From the NCBI RefSeq assembly GCF_020073745.1, contig NZ_JAIRAU010000047.1, positions 285,990-349,989 on the forward strand: a stretch of 64,000 nucleotides of DNA. Reading direction: 5' to 3'. Below the pieces are notes generated by a model, which saw only the letters and a list, made by a program, of their open reading frames with translations, ran no database searches and was not told where the DNA came from. Position numbers and translations under genes: made by a program. Below are positions 40,274 through 49,313 of this stretch, piece after piece; the stretch's first letter is position 1; every line of letters starts with the position of its first letter. This stretch comes from Nannocystis pusilla (GTDB lineage Bacteria > Myxococcota_A > Polyangia > Nannocystales > Nannocystaceae).

Positions 40274-41029
40274 TTAGCTGTTCTTGGAGACAGGTGCTTC
40301 GGGACAGGGCGCTTCGGACCTGTCCCCGGAGTCAGCATTCACGTCGGCCGCGGCGGCGTAGCCGGCCGCGGCGTCGAGGTAGCCGGCGCGGACCAGGGCC
40401 TCGCGCGTGACCGCGGGCGCGGCGGCCCGGCCGGCCTCGGCCCCGGCGCCGAGCAGGCGGGCGACGTAGCGCGCCAGCAGGTCGACCTCGAGGTTGAGCG
40501 CGTCGCCCACCTTCAGGTCGGCCAGGGTCGTGGCCGCGAGCGTGTGCGGGATCAGGCCCACGGCGAACCCACGCGGGTCGACCGCGTTGACCGTGAGGCT
40601 GACGCCGTCGACGCACACGCTGCCCTTGACCGCGATGTAGCGGGCCAGCTCGCCCGGGACGTCGAACCACATCTCGACCGCGTCGCCGCGGGCGACCCGG
40701 CTGCGCACGCGCGCCAGGCCGTCGACATGGCCGGACACGAGGTGGCCGCCGAGCGCGTCGCCGAGCCGTAGCGCCGGCTCGAGGTTGACGCGGCTGCCGG
40801 GCCGCAGCTCGCCGAGGGTGGTGACCGCGAGCGTCTCGAACGCGGCTTCGACGGTGAAGTCGCCGGCGGTCGAGGCGACCACGGTGAGACACACGCCGGA
40901 GATCGCCACGCTGGCGCCGAGGCTGCGATCGCCCTCCGACAGCGCGTAGCGGATCACGAAGGTGCGTCGCTGCGCGCCAGGGATCACGCGCTCGACCGTG
41001 CCGACGCCGCGCACGAGGCCGGTGAACAT
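40274..41029 (-). CDS. ribE: riboflavin synthase alpha subunit with atypical C-terminal tail
   Basis: 251 aa. 'MFTGLVRGVGTV' start and two lumazine-binding repeats. The last 45 aa ('...ADSGDRSEAPCPEAPVSKNS') are encoded by palindromic repeat units. Confidence 0.8.
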   Translation of the reverse strand: MFTGLVRGVGTVERVIPGAQRRTFVIRYALSEGDRSLGASVAISGVCLTVVASTAGDFTVEAAFETLAVTTLGELRPGSRVNLEPALRLGDALGGHLVSGHVDGLARVRSRVARGDAVEMWFDVPGELARYIAVKGSVCVDGVSLTVNAVDPRGFAVGLIPHTLAATTLADLKVGDALNLEVDLLARYVARLLGAGAEAGRAAAPAVTREALVRAGYLDAAAGYAAAADVNADSGDRSEAPCPEAPVSKNS

Positions 41030-41089
41030 GCGGGGGTTATGGCACAGATCACCGGCCGGTGCGACGGCCCGCAGAGCCCGCCGGATGCG

Positions 41090-42325
41090 TCAGATCTCGC
41101 GTCCTTCGGGATCGTCGGCGGCGTCCGCCGGCGGGCCGAGGACGGTCAGGCCGTCGACCCCGACGTCGGTGCGCAGCAGCGGACGAAGCCGCGTGGCGTC
41201 GGCGACCGCCGCGACCTTGAGGCCGGCGGCGGCGGGACGTCCGTCACCCAGCACGATCGGCGCATGGAACCAATAGAACCGCTGCCACGCGGCGGCGGCG
41301 ACGAAGCTGGCGATCATCCGCCCGCCGCCCTCGACCAACAGCGAACGCAGCGGCAGCTTGCCGAGCGCCTGCAACGCGCCGGCGACGTCGACCCGGCCCT
41401 CGGCGTCGCCGTCGAGCTCGATGCGCCGCAGGCCGAGCTCCTCGACCGCCCGCTGCGCCGCGGCGGGAGCGCGGCTGGTGTGCAGCACCACGGTGCCCGG
41501 CCGCAGCAACGTCGGCCGGCGCACCGCCCCGGCCACGCGCAGCCCGCTGTCGAAGATCACCGGCAGCGGGTCGACGCCGGTCACCATGCGCACCGACAGC
41601 GCGGGATCGTCGCGCAGCACCGTGTCGGCGCCCACGGCGATCGCGTGGTGACGGGCCCGCAACCAGTGTCCGAGGCGCCGCGCCGGCGCGCCGGTGATCC
41701 ACTTGCTGTCCCCCGAGCCAGCCGCGATCTGGCCGTCGAGCGACGACGCGATCTTCAGCGTGACGAACGGCAGTCGCGTCCTCTCGTGGTGCAGGTAGTG
41801 CTCGTGCGCAGACGCGCACGCGCCCGCGAGCACGCCCTCACGCACGCGGATGCCGGCCGCGCGCAGCAGTTCGATCCCGCGACCGCCGGCGTGCACCGCC
41901 GGATCGAGGCTGCCGATCACGACCTCGGCCACCCCGGCGGCGATCAGCGACCCGGTGCACGGCGGCGTGCGGCCGAAGTGCGAGCACGGCTCGAGCGTGA
42001 CGTAGACCGTCGCCCCGCGCGCGGCCTCGCCGGCCTGCTGCAGCGCGGCGACCTCGGCGTGCGGGCCTCCCGTGACCGCGCTGCGCCCGGCGCCGACGAC
42101 CTTCTCGCCCTGCACGACGATCGCGCCCACGCACGGGTTCGGGTAGGTCGCGCCGGTGCCCGAGCGAGCCAGCGCCACGGCCGCGCCCATCAGTCGGACG
42201 TCGCGTGCCGCCCGCGACTCGTCCGCCGCCGGCGCGCTCGCCAGCGCCGCCGCGATCGCAGCCGGGCCGTCGTCCGCGGTCCCGCTCGCGCCGCCGAGCA
42301 GGTCAGCGAGCTCCGGGTAAATCAA
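41090..42325 (-). CDS. ribD: bifunctional diaminohydroxyphosphoribosylaminopyrimidine deaminase/5-amino-6-(5-phosphoribosylamino)uracil reductase RibD
   Basis: 411 aa. Deaminase zinc motif 'HAEVAAL...TLEPCSHFGRTPPC' plus a C-terminal reductase domain. Confidence 0.8.
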   Translation of the reverse strand: MIYPELADLLGGASGTADDGPAAIAAALASAPAADESRAARDVRLMGAAVALARSGTGATYPNPCVGAIVVQGEKVVGAGRSAVTGGPHAEVAALQQAGEAARGATVYVTLEPCSHFGRTPPCTGSLIAAGVAEVVIGSLDPAVHAGGRGIELLRAAGIRVREGVLAGACASAHEHYLHHERTRLPFVTLKIASSLDGQIAAGSGDSKWITGAPARRLGHWLRARHHAIAVGADTVLRDDPALSVRMVTGVDPLPVIFDSGLRVAGAVRRPTLLRPGTVVLHTSRAPAAAQRAVEELGLRRIELDGDAEGRVDVAGALQALGKLPLRSLLVEGGGRMIASFVAAAAWQRFYWFHAPIVLGDGRPAAAGLKVAAVADATRLRPLLRTDVGVDGLTVLGPPADAADDPEGREI

Positions 42326-42939
42326 TTCACCTCGCTCTCCGGCGACGCTGCCGGCGCGGACCTGTCCCCAGAGTCAGCCTCGTCCTCGCCCTCGGCGAAG
42401 GCCGGCAGCCGGGTCGGCGCGCTGAGCTGGATCTGCCCGCGGGCGTCGATCTCGAACAGCGTGCGCTGGCCCTCGGGGCTGGTGTGCGCGGCCTTCTCCA
42501 TCTCGTTCAACAGGTGCACGAACTCGTCGACCGCCTGGTACTCGCCGTGGATGGCGACGTAGCGCACGTAGGCGACGGCGTCGAGCGGGCGCAGCAACCG
42601 GAGGATCCGGTCGGCGATCTCCTCGGCGCGGATCTCCTTCTCGCCGCGCGTCGCGGCCCACAGCTCGACCACGCCGAGCAGCGCCTCGATCTGCTCGTCA
42701 TCGACGGGGCGCTTGCGGCAGACCGCCTGCAGCGAGGCGCGGATCTTGTTGCGATCGAACAGCTGCTTGCCTCCGCCGCGCCCCAGCACGATCGGCGGCG
42801 TGGTCTCGATGCGCTCGTAGGTGGTGAAGCGGTGGTTGCAGTCGAGGCACGCACGTCGCCGCCGGATCGCACCGCCGTCCCGACTCTCCCTCGAGTCGAG
42901 GACCTTGATGCTCCCGCTGCGGCAGACCGGGCAGAGCAA
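42322..42939 (-). CDS. nrdR: transcriptional repressor NrdR with extended C-terminal tail
   Basis: 205 aa. Zinc ribbon 'MLCPVCRSGSIKVLDSR...CLDCNHRF' and an ATP-cone. The final 40 aa ('...EDEADSGDRSAPAASPESEVN') include the same 22-bp element found in the ribE tail. Confidence 0.8.
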   Translation of the reverse strand: MLCPVCRSGSIKVLDSRESRDGGAIRRRRACLDCNHRFTTYERIETTPPIVLGRGGGKQLFDRNKIRASLQAVCRKRPVDDEQIEALLGVVELWAATRGEKEIRAEEIADRILRLLRPLDAVAYVRYVAIHGEYQAVDEFVHLLNEMEKAAHTSPEGQRTLFEIDARGQIQLSAPTRLPAFAEGEDEADSGDRSAPAASPESEVN

Positions 42940-42940
42940 C

Positions 42941-43381
42941 CTACCCCCCGGGCTCCAGCTTCTCGACTCGCCGGGCGTGGCGCCCCCCGGCGAAGCGGGC
43001 GTCGAGGAAGGTCCTGAGCAGGACCTTCGCCAGCTCGACGCCGACGACCCGCGCGCCCAGACAGAGCACGTTGGCGTCGTTGTGTTCGCGGGCCATCGCC
43101 GCGCTGAACGGATCCATCACCACGGCGGCGCGGATGCCCGCCTGCTTGTTGGCGGCCATGGCCATCCCCTGACCTGTCCCACAGACCAGGAGGCCGAGCG
43201 AGCCCGGCTCGGCGCGCACGCGCCGGGCGACCTCGACCGCCACGTCGGGGTAGTCGACCGACTCGCTGGCCGCGGCCGGCCCGGACTCGCTGGCGACCTC
43301 GTGGCCGAACGCGGCCACGGCGGCCGCGAGCTCGCGCCGGAGATCGATCGCCGCGTGGTCGCTGCCGAGGTGCACGCGCAT
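42941..43381 (-). CDS. rpiB: ribose-5-phosphate isomerase B
   Basis: 146 aa. 'LLVCGTGQGMAMAANK' RpiB/LacAB signature. Confidence 0.8.
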   Translation of the reverse strand: MRVHLGSDHAAIDLRRELAAAVAAFGHEVASESGPAAASESVDYPDVAVEVARRVRAEPGSLGLLVCGTGQGMAMAANKQAGIRAAVVMDPFSAAMAREHNDANVLCLGARVVGVELAKVLLRTFLDARFAGGRHARRVEKLEPGG

Positions 43382-43384
43382 GGT

Positions 43385-44623
43385 CTAGCCCGCCCGCTTG
43401 AACACGAGGCACGCGTTGGTGCCGCCGAAGCCGAAGCTGTTGGAGAGGGCGACGTCGACCGCGACGCGGCGCGCCTCGTGCGGCACGTAGTCGAGGTCGC
43501 AGTCGGGGTCCGGCTCGTCGAGGTTGATGGTGGGCGGCAGCACGTTGTGGTGCAGCGCGAGGGCGCAGATCGCCGCCTCGAGCCCGCCCGTGGCCCCGAG
43601 CAGGTGGCCGTGCATCGATTTGGTCGACGACACCGCCAGCTTGCGCGCGTGCTCGCCGAACACCGCCTTGATCGCGCCGGTCTCGGTCGCGTCGGCGCTG
43701 GTCGAGGTGCCGTGCGCGTTGATGTAGCCGACCGTCTCGGGGGCGAGCCCCGCGTCGCGCAGCGCGAGCCGCATGCACCGCTGCGCGCCCTCGCCGTCGG
43801 GCGACGGCGCGGTGATATGATGCGCATCGGAAGTGGCCGCGTAGCCGACGATCTCGGCGTAGATCCGGGCTCCGCGGGCCTTCGCGCGCTCCCACTCCTC
43901 GAGGATCACGAGGCCGCAGCCCTCGCTGAGGACGAAGCCGTCGCGGCTGACGGTGAACGGCCGCGACGCCTTGGTCGGCTCGTCGTTGCGGGTCGACAGC
44001 GCGCGCATCGACGCGAAGCCGCCGACGCACAGCGGCGACACCGTGGCCTCGGTGCCGCCGGCGATCATCACGTCGGCGCCGCCGCGGGCGATCAGGTGGA
44101 ACGCCTCGCCGATGCTGTGGGCGCCGGTCGAGCAGGCCGACACGTGGCTCATGTTCGGCCCGCGGTAGTTGTGGCGGATCGAGATCTGCCCGGGCGCGAG
44201 GTTGACGATGATCGCCGGCACGAAGTACGGGCTGATGCCGAGGCGCGGGCCCTTCTCGCGCAGCGAGTCGTGCGTGGCCTCGAGGACCGGCAGACCGCCG
44301 AGGCCGGCGCCGACGTAGACGCCGAAGCGCTCGGGGTCGTCGGGCGCACCGAGCTGCGCGTCCTCGACGGCCATCGCCGCGGCCGCGATCGCGTACTGGA
44401 TGAAGAGGTCCATCTGTCGGACCTCTTTCTTGGCGATCCAGCGGGTCGGATCGAAGTTTCGGACCTCACCCGCGATCCGCGTCGACAAGATGCTGGCGTC
44501 GAACCGCGTGATCGGCCCGATCCCCGACTGCCCCGCGCACAAGCTCCGCCAGTTTTCGTCGTTGCCGACGCCCAGCGGGCTGATGAGCCCCACTCCCGTG
44601 ATCGCGACCCTGCGCCCCGTCAC
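43385..44623 (-). CDS. fabF: 3-oxoacyl-[ACP] synthase II
   Basis: 412 aa. KAS active-site Cys region '[11 protein letters not shown]'. His-His region '[11 protein letters not shown]' and 'GHLLGATG'. Confidence 0.9.
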   Translation of the reverse strand: MTGRRVAITGVGLISPLGVGNDENWRSLCAGQSGIGPITRFDASILSTRIAGEVRNFDPTRWIAKKEVRQMDLFIQYAIAAAAMAVEDAQLGAPDDPERFGVYVGAGLGGLPVLEATHDSLREKGPRLGISPYFVPAIIVNLAPGQISIRHNYRGPNMSHVSACSTGAHSIGEAFHLIARGGADVMIAGGTEATVSPLCVGGFASMRALSTRNDEPTKASRPFTVSRDGFVLSEGCGLVILEEWERAKARGARIYAEIVGYAATSDAHHITAPSPDGEGAQRCMRLALRDAGLAPETVGYINAHGTSTSADATETGAIKAVFGEHARKLAVSSTKSMHGHLLGATGGLEAAICALALHHNVLPPTINLDEPDPDCDLDYVPHEARRVAVDVALSNSFGFGGTNACLVFKRAG

Positions 44624-44632
44624 AACGACCTC

Positions 44633-44878
44633 TCAGGCCTTGCGGCGCGCGCGGATGTAGCTCACCGCGTCGCCGACGGTCTTGATGTTCTCGACCTCTT
44701 CGTCGGGGATCTTGATCTCGAAGTGCTCCTCGAACGCGAGGACGAGCTCGACGATCGCCAGCGAGTCGGCGCCGAGGTCGTCGGTGAAGATCTTGTCCAG
44801 CGTGCAGTCCTCGGGCTTCACGTCGAGCTGCTCGCGCACGATTTCGATGACCTGCTTCTCGATGTCGGATGTCGTCAT
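44633..44878 (-). CDS. acpP: acyl carrier protein
   Basis: 81 aa. Phosphopantetheine attachment motif '[18 protein letters not shown]'. Confidence 0.9.
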   Translation of the reverse strand: MTTSDIEKQVIEIVREQLDVKPEDCTLDKIFTDDLGADSLAIVELVLAFEEHFEIKIPDEEVENIKTVGDAVSYIRARRKA

Positions 44879-44932
44879 GGTGGTAGTTCCCTCTCAGGAC
44901 GGGTCACAAGCGGCGCACTAAATACGGAGGCT

Positions 44933-45730
44933 TCACATGCGCAGGCCGCCGTTGATCGCGAGGACTTGCCCCGTGATGTAGGCGGCGGCCGGCGCGGCCA
45001 GGTAGGCCACGGCCTCGGCGACCTCTTCGGGTCGACCGATCCGGCCCAGCGGGATCTGCTTGAGCAGCGCCTCGCGGGCCTCGCCCTGGACGCTGGCGGC
45101 CGTCATGTCGGTCTCGAAGAAGCCCGGCGTGACCGCGTTGACGGTGACGCCGCGGCTGGCGAACTCGCGGGCGAGCGAGCGGGTCAGGCCGAGCATGCCG
45201 GCCTTGGCGGCGGCGTACATCGCCTGGCCGGCGTTGCCCTGCTCGCCGATCACGCTGCTGATGTTGATGATGCGGCCGTCGGCCTTGGCCTTGAGCAGTT
45301 GGCGAGCGGCCGCCTTGGCGCAGAAGAACGCGCCCTTGAGGTTCACGTCGAGGACGCGCTGGAAGTCGGCCGCGGAGGCGCGCATCAGCAGGGCGTCGAT
45401 CGAGATCCCGGCGTTGTTGACGAGGATGTGCAGCCCGCCGAGCTCGGCGGCGATGCGCTGCACGCCGGCCTCGACCGCGGCCGCGTCGGCGACGTCGAAC
45501 CCGTACGGCCTGGCCGCGCCGCCCTCGGCGACGATCTCGTCGCACAGCTCGCGGGCGGCGTCCTCGCGGGCGGCGTAGTTGACGGCGACGCTCGCCCCGC
45601 GCTGCGCGAGCAGCTTGGCGATCGCCCGCCCGATCCCTCTCGACGCGCCGGTCACGAGCGCGACGCGCCCGGTGAGCGCGAGCGACGGCGGCAGCGCCCG
45701 GGGCTGGGTATTGGCTTCGTGGCCCGACAC
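44933..45730 (-). CDS. fabG: 3-oxoacyl-[ACP] reductase FabG
   Basis: 265 aa. SDR Rossmann motif '[12 protein letters not shown]', 'NNAG', and a catalytic YxxxK region. An N-terminal 20 aa extension suggests the true start may be internal. Confidence 0.85.
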   Translation of the reverse strand: MSGHEANTQPRALPPSLALTGRVALVTGASRGIGRAIAKLLAQRGASVAVNYAAREDAARELCDEIVAEGGAARPYGFDVADAAAVEAGVQRIAAELGGLHILVNNAGISIDALLMRASAADFQRVLDVNLKGAFFCAKAAARQLLKAKADGRIINISSVIGEQGNAGQAMYAAAKAGMLGLTRSLAREFASRGVTVNAVTPGFFETDMTAASVQGEAREALLKQIPLGRIGRPEEVAEAVAYLAAPAAAYITGQVLAINGGLRM

Positions 45731-46713
45731 TAGGTGCCGAGCTTTAGCACATCGAGGTCCGCCGGGGAACCGACGGCGGCGAGCGAGAAGCCCTTGTCGA
45801 TGCGTTTAATCAAGTTGCAGAGCACTTTGCCGTGCCCGAGCTCGAGCCCGCGAGAGATATCCATGCGTATCACCGTTCGCACGGACGCCTCCCAGCGGAC
45901 GCGGCCGGTGATCTGACGAACGAGTCGATCGCGGACGTCCTGCGGCCCGCCGCTCGTCGGATACGGCTCGGCATCGACGTTCGCGATCACGGGCGCACGC
46001 GGCGCGGCGATGTCCATCGTCGCCAGCGCCTCGGCCACCCGCTCGGCCGCGGGCCGCATCAGCGCGCAGTGGAACGGCGCCGACACGTTGAGCTTCATCG
46101 CTCGCGCCTTGCTCTCCTTGGCGCGCGCGACCACCCGCTCGACCGCCGCCGCGTGCCCGGCGATCACGATCTGTCCGCCGCCGTTCTCGTTCGCGGGGCT
46201 CACGACCTCGCCCCCGGCGCTCGCTTCTTCGCACCACTGCTCGAGCGCGAGCGGGTCGGCGCCGATCACCGCCGCCATCGCGCCCACGCCCGCGGGCACG
46301 GCCTCTTGCATGGCGAGCCCGCGCAGGCGCACCAGCTTGACCGCGTCGACGAACGCCAGCGCGCCCGCGGCGACCAGCGCCGAGAACTCGCCGAGGCTGT
46401 GACCGAGCAGCGCGGCCGGCTGCAGCCCGAGCTCGCTCGTGACCACCGTCCACGCCGCGATGCTGCAGGTGAGGATCGCCGGCTGGGTGTTGGCGGTCTG
46501 CGCCAGCGCCTCGGCCGGGCCCTCGAAGCACAGCCGCGACAGCGGCTCGCCGAGCGCGTCGTCGGCCTCGGCGAACACGCGCCGCGCGGCCGGGAACGCC
46601 TCGGCCAGCGCCTTGCCCATCCCGGGCTCCTGGCTGCCCTGACCGGGGAACAGGAACGCGAGCGGCCGGGCGACCCCAGCCGAGGAGCTGTCTGAAGAGA
46701 CATGTTCGTTCAT
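45730..46713 (-). CDS. fabD: malonyl CoA-ACP transacylase FabD
   Basis: 327 aa. '[14 protein letters not shown]' and active-site '[14 protein letters not shown]'. The start codon lies in a palindromic unit array. Confidence 0.85.
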   Translation of the reverse strand: MNEHVSSDSSSAGVARPLAFLFPGQGSQEPGMGKALAEAFPAARRVFAEADDALGEPLSRLCFEGPAEALAQTANTQPAILTCSIAAWTVVTSELGLQPAALLGHSLGEFSALVAAGALAFVDAVKLVRLRGLAMQEAVPAGVGAMAAVIGADPLALEQWCEEASAGGEVVSPANENGGGQIVIAGHAAAVERVVARAKESKARAMKLNVSAPFHCALMRPAAERVAEALATMDIAAPRAPVIANVDAEPYPTSGGPQDVRDRLVRQITGRVRWEASVRTVIRMDISRGLELGHGKVLCNLIKRIDKGFSLAAVGSPADLDVLKLGT

Positions 46714-47771
46714 ACAGGTGAATCCTCGCGCTTGGCGGCCGCGAACAGCTCGCGGTGATCGCCGATCGCGGCGCGCAGCGCCGGCGTGAGGTCGCGCGCC
46801 GCGTAGTCGGCCGCGATCCGGATCCCGCCGGCGAGCGCCTTCGGCCCGGCGCCGCCGTGACAGATGATCGCCACCCCGTCGACGCCGAGCAGCGGCGCGC
46901 CGCCGTAGCTGTCGGGGTCGAGCTGCTCGCCGAGGGCGCGGAAGGCCGGGCGCAGGATCAGCCCGCCGAGGCGGGTGCGCGCGGTCTTCATCACCGCGGC
47001 GCGCAGGAACCCGACGATGCCGCCGGCGGTCCCCTCCATCACCTTGAGCGCGACGTTGCCCGTGAACCCGTCGGTGACGATGACGTCGACCGTGTCCTTA
47101 AAGAAGTCCTTGCCCTCGACGTAGCCGTGGAACGAAAACGCGGGGCTCGGGTGGGCGGACAGCAGGCGGTGGGCCGCGCGCGTGAGATCGGTGCCCTTGC
47201 CCTCCTCGCTGCCGTTCGACAGCACGCCGACGCGCGGCGTGATCCCGTGCACGGTGCGGGAGAAGATCGCCCCCAGCACCGCGAACTGCACGAGGTTGAT
47301 CGGCTTGCAGTCGACGTTCGCGCCCATGTCGATGAGCACGCACGGGCCGCCCTTCGGCCGCGGGAAGCTCGAGACGATCGCCGGGCGGTCGATGCCCTTG
47401 AGCCGGCCGAAGCGGAACAGCCCGCACGCCAGCATCGCCCCGGAGTTGCCGGCCGAGACCACGGCCGCGGCCTGGCCGCGCCGGACCAGGTCGAAGCACA
47501 CCAGCATCGACGCGTCGGGCTTGGAGCGCACCACCTTGGAGGGCGTGTCCTCCATGGTGATCACCTCCGACGCGTGATGGACCGTGATGCCGTCCTCGCC
47601 GTCGTAGCGAGTGACCCCGAGGAGCGCGAGCTGCGGCATGAGCCGTGCCCGATCGCCGACGAGGATCACCTCTTGCCCGGCGCGCGCGGCGAGGACTGCG
47701 GCCTCGACCTCGACGAAGGGACAGTGATCACCGCCGAAGGCGTCGAGCGCGATCTTCCTCGTCGCCGCCAC
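46710..47771 (-). CDS. plsX: phosphate acyltransferase PlsX
   Basis: 353 aa with a PlsX fold. The ORF overlaps the fabD start. Confidence 0.85.
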   Translation of the reverse strand: MAATRKIALDAFGGDHCPFVEVEAAVLAARAGQEVILVGDRARLMPQLALLGVTRYDGEDGITVHHASEVITMEDTPSKVVRSKPDASMLVCFDLVRRGQAAAVVSAGNSGAMLACGLFRFGRLKGIDRPAIVSSFPRPKGGPCVLIDMGANVDCKPINLVQFAVLGAIFSRTVHGITPRVGVLSNGSEEGKGTDLTRAAHRLLSAHPSPAFSFHGYVEGKDFFKDTVDVIVTDGFTGNVALKVMEGTAGGIVGFLRAAVMKTARTRLGGLILRPAFRALGEQLDPDSYGGAPLLGVDGVAIICHGGAGPKALAGGIRIAADYAARDLTPALRAAIGDHRELFAAAKREDSPV

Positions 47772-47778
47772 CTCTTAC

Positions 47779-47964
47779 TTACTCTTGCGCGATCGTGATC
47801 ACCTCACGGCCCTTGTAGTGGCCGCAGGCCGGGCACACGTGGTGGCTACGCACGCGCTCCTGGCAGTTCGGGCAGGCGACGAGGGTCGGCGCCGAGCGCT
47901 TGTCGTGGTGGGCGCGCCGCATGTCGCGGCGGGACTGGGACTTCTTCTTCTTGGGGACAGCCAT
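47779..47964 (-). CDS. rpmF: 50S ribosomal protein L32
   Basis: 61 aa from the internal ATG ([20 protein letters not shown]...). 'CPNC...CPACG' zinc ribbon. Confidence 0.8.
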   Translation of the reverse strand: MAVPKKKKSQSRRDMRRAHHDKRSAPTLVACPNCQERVRSHHVCPACGHYKGREVITIAQE

Positions 47965-48085
47965 GGCACAAAACCGCCTTGGAAGCGGGGGCGGGAGTCT
48001 AGCGCTTTTCCCGGCGCCACAATCGGCGCAGGGGGCGGTAGGGTGCCCCGGGGACCTGAGATAACTCAAGCCCTCGAGGCGAAGA

Positions 48086-49003
48086 TCACTGCTTCTTCTT
48101 ACTGGGGGGCTTCTTGGAGGACCTGCTCGCCGCGTTGCCGGCGGGCGACTTGCCGGCGGACGACCTGGCCGCCGGCTTGCCCGCGGCGGGCTTGCCCGTC
48201 GGCTTGGCCGCCGATCTCCCGGCCGGCTTGCCCGATCTGGCGGGCGTCGGGTCGGGCTCCGGCTCGAACCCGGGATCGAAATCGTCGACGCCAGGAATAG
48301 GGCCGGCGAACTCCAGGTTGTCGGCCCCGATGTCGTCGTCGCCCTCGCCCACGCCGGAGTCGGCGAGCTGCTTCAGGGCCGCTTGCCACGAGCTCGCGGG
48401 CCTGGCCGGCTCCTCGAGGTCGGCGTCGGCGGCGATCGGCACCTGGGCGTCGACCGCCCCGCACGCCGCGCACGGCCCCGGCGGCTGACCGTTCAGCTCG
48501 GCGCCGCAGCGCATGCACAGGCCGCGGCACGCCTCCCCGTACGCGCACAGCGCCCGGATCGGATACGACAGCAGCACCTGCTCGGTGATCAGCGGCCGCA
48601 GGTCGATGCGCGTGCCGGAGAAGCTGCGCTCGTCGGGCGACTCGGTCTCGGTCTCCTCGTCGTCGGCGTCGCCGACGCGATCGCGGACGAAGTGCACACA
48701 AATCTCGCCGCCGGCGGAGACCGCGGCCGGGGCCAGGCAACGGGCGCAGGGGACGCTGTAACCGCCCTGGATCGAGCCGCGGACCAGGTAGCTGCTCCCC
48801 TCGCCGATCGGCGTGACCTCGAGCTTGGTGGAACCGGCGCTCGTGACCTCCGCGTCGGTGTGCGCCAGCACCGTCGCCATCCACGGCGCCGGAAGCTCCG
48901 CCTGGATGTCGTACGGACCCGGCCCCGAGCGGGCCAGGGCCACGAGATCGAGGTCAAGCTCCGGCGGGAGCTGCGTGCCGTCGTCGCGGGTCGTGGCCTT
49001 CAT
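48086..49003 (-). CDS. yceD: YceD/DUF177 family protein with Lys/Ala/Pro-rich C-terminal tail
   Basis: About 305 aa from ATG 49003 (MKATTRDDG...). Paired CxxC motifs ('CARC...', 'CMRCG...CAACG') are typical of DUF177. It sits in the conserved position upstream of rpmF. Confidence 0.65.
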   Translation of the reverse strand: MKATTRDDGTQLPPELDLDLVALARSGPGPYDIQAELPAPWMATVLAHTDAEVTSAGSTKLEVTPIGEGSSYLVRGSIQGGYSVPCARCLAPAAVSAGGEICVHFVRDRVGDADDEETETESPDERSFSGTRIDLRPLITEQVLLSYPIRALCAYGEACRGLCMRCGAELNGQPPGPCAACGAVDAQVPIAADADLEEPARPASSWQAALKQLADSGVGEGDDDIGADNLEFAGPIPGVDDFDPGFEPEPDPTPARSGKPAGRSAAKPTGKPAAGKPAARSSAGKSPAGNAASRSSKKPPSKKKQ

Positions 49004-49250
49004 CCGGCCGCATGTAGCGCGTGGCGCCAGGGCTGTCAAACCGCCGCCAGCCCGGATCCATTCCCCGCCAGCCCCGGATCCTTGTGGATCCTTCTGTTGA
49101 CACGGCAAACGTGGATTGGCTATTGCCTCCCGGCCCTTGGTCGCCTCTGAGCCCACTGCGCGCCTCGGAGGCGCCGACGCGAGTCCCGAGCTCGACGCGC
49201 CCGGCGACGTCCGGGTCGACGCGCCGGCGCGTCCGCTCGACGACATCATG

Positions 49251-49313
49251 ATGCGCACGCCCGACGACCTCATGCGCACGCGCGACGACCTCATGCGCAC
49301 GCGGGTCGTCGCG
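49251..49313 (+). repeat. three tandem 21-bp repeats each starting with ATG (ATGCGCACGCSCGACGACCTC), at the 5' end of the giant gene
   Basis: Direct reading: 'atgcgcacgcccgacgacctc atgcgcacgcgcgacgacctc atgcgcacgcgggtcgtc'. A 15-bp duplication 'gcctgcctgatcggc/gcctgtctgatcgga' follows. Confidence 0.85.

Noticed and set aside
43155-43175. GACCTGTCCC unit-like sequence inside rpiB.
   Set aside because: It encodes the universally conserved RpiB 'CGTGQG' active-site motif, so it is native sequence that happens to resemble the unit. It is not counted as an inserted element.
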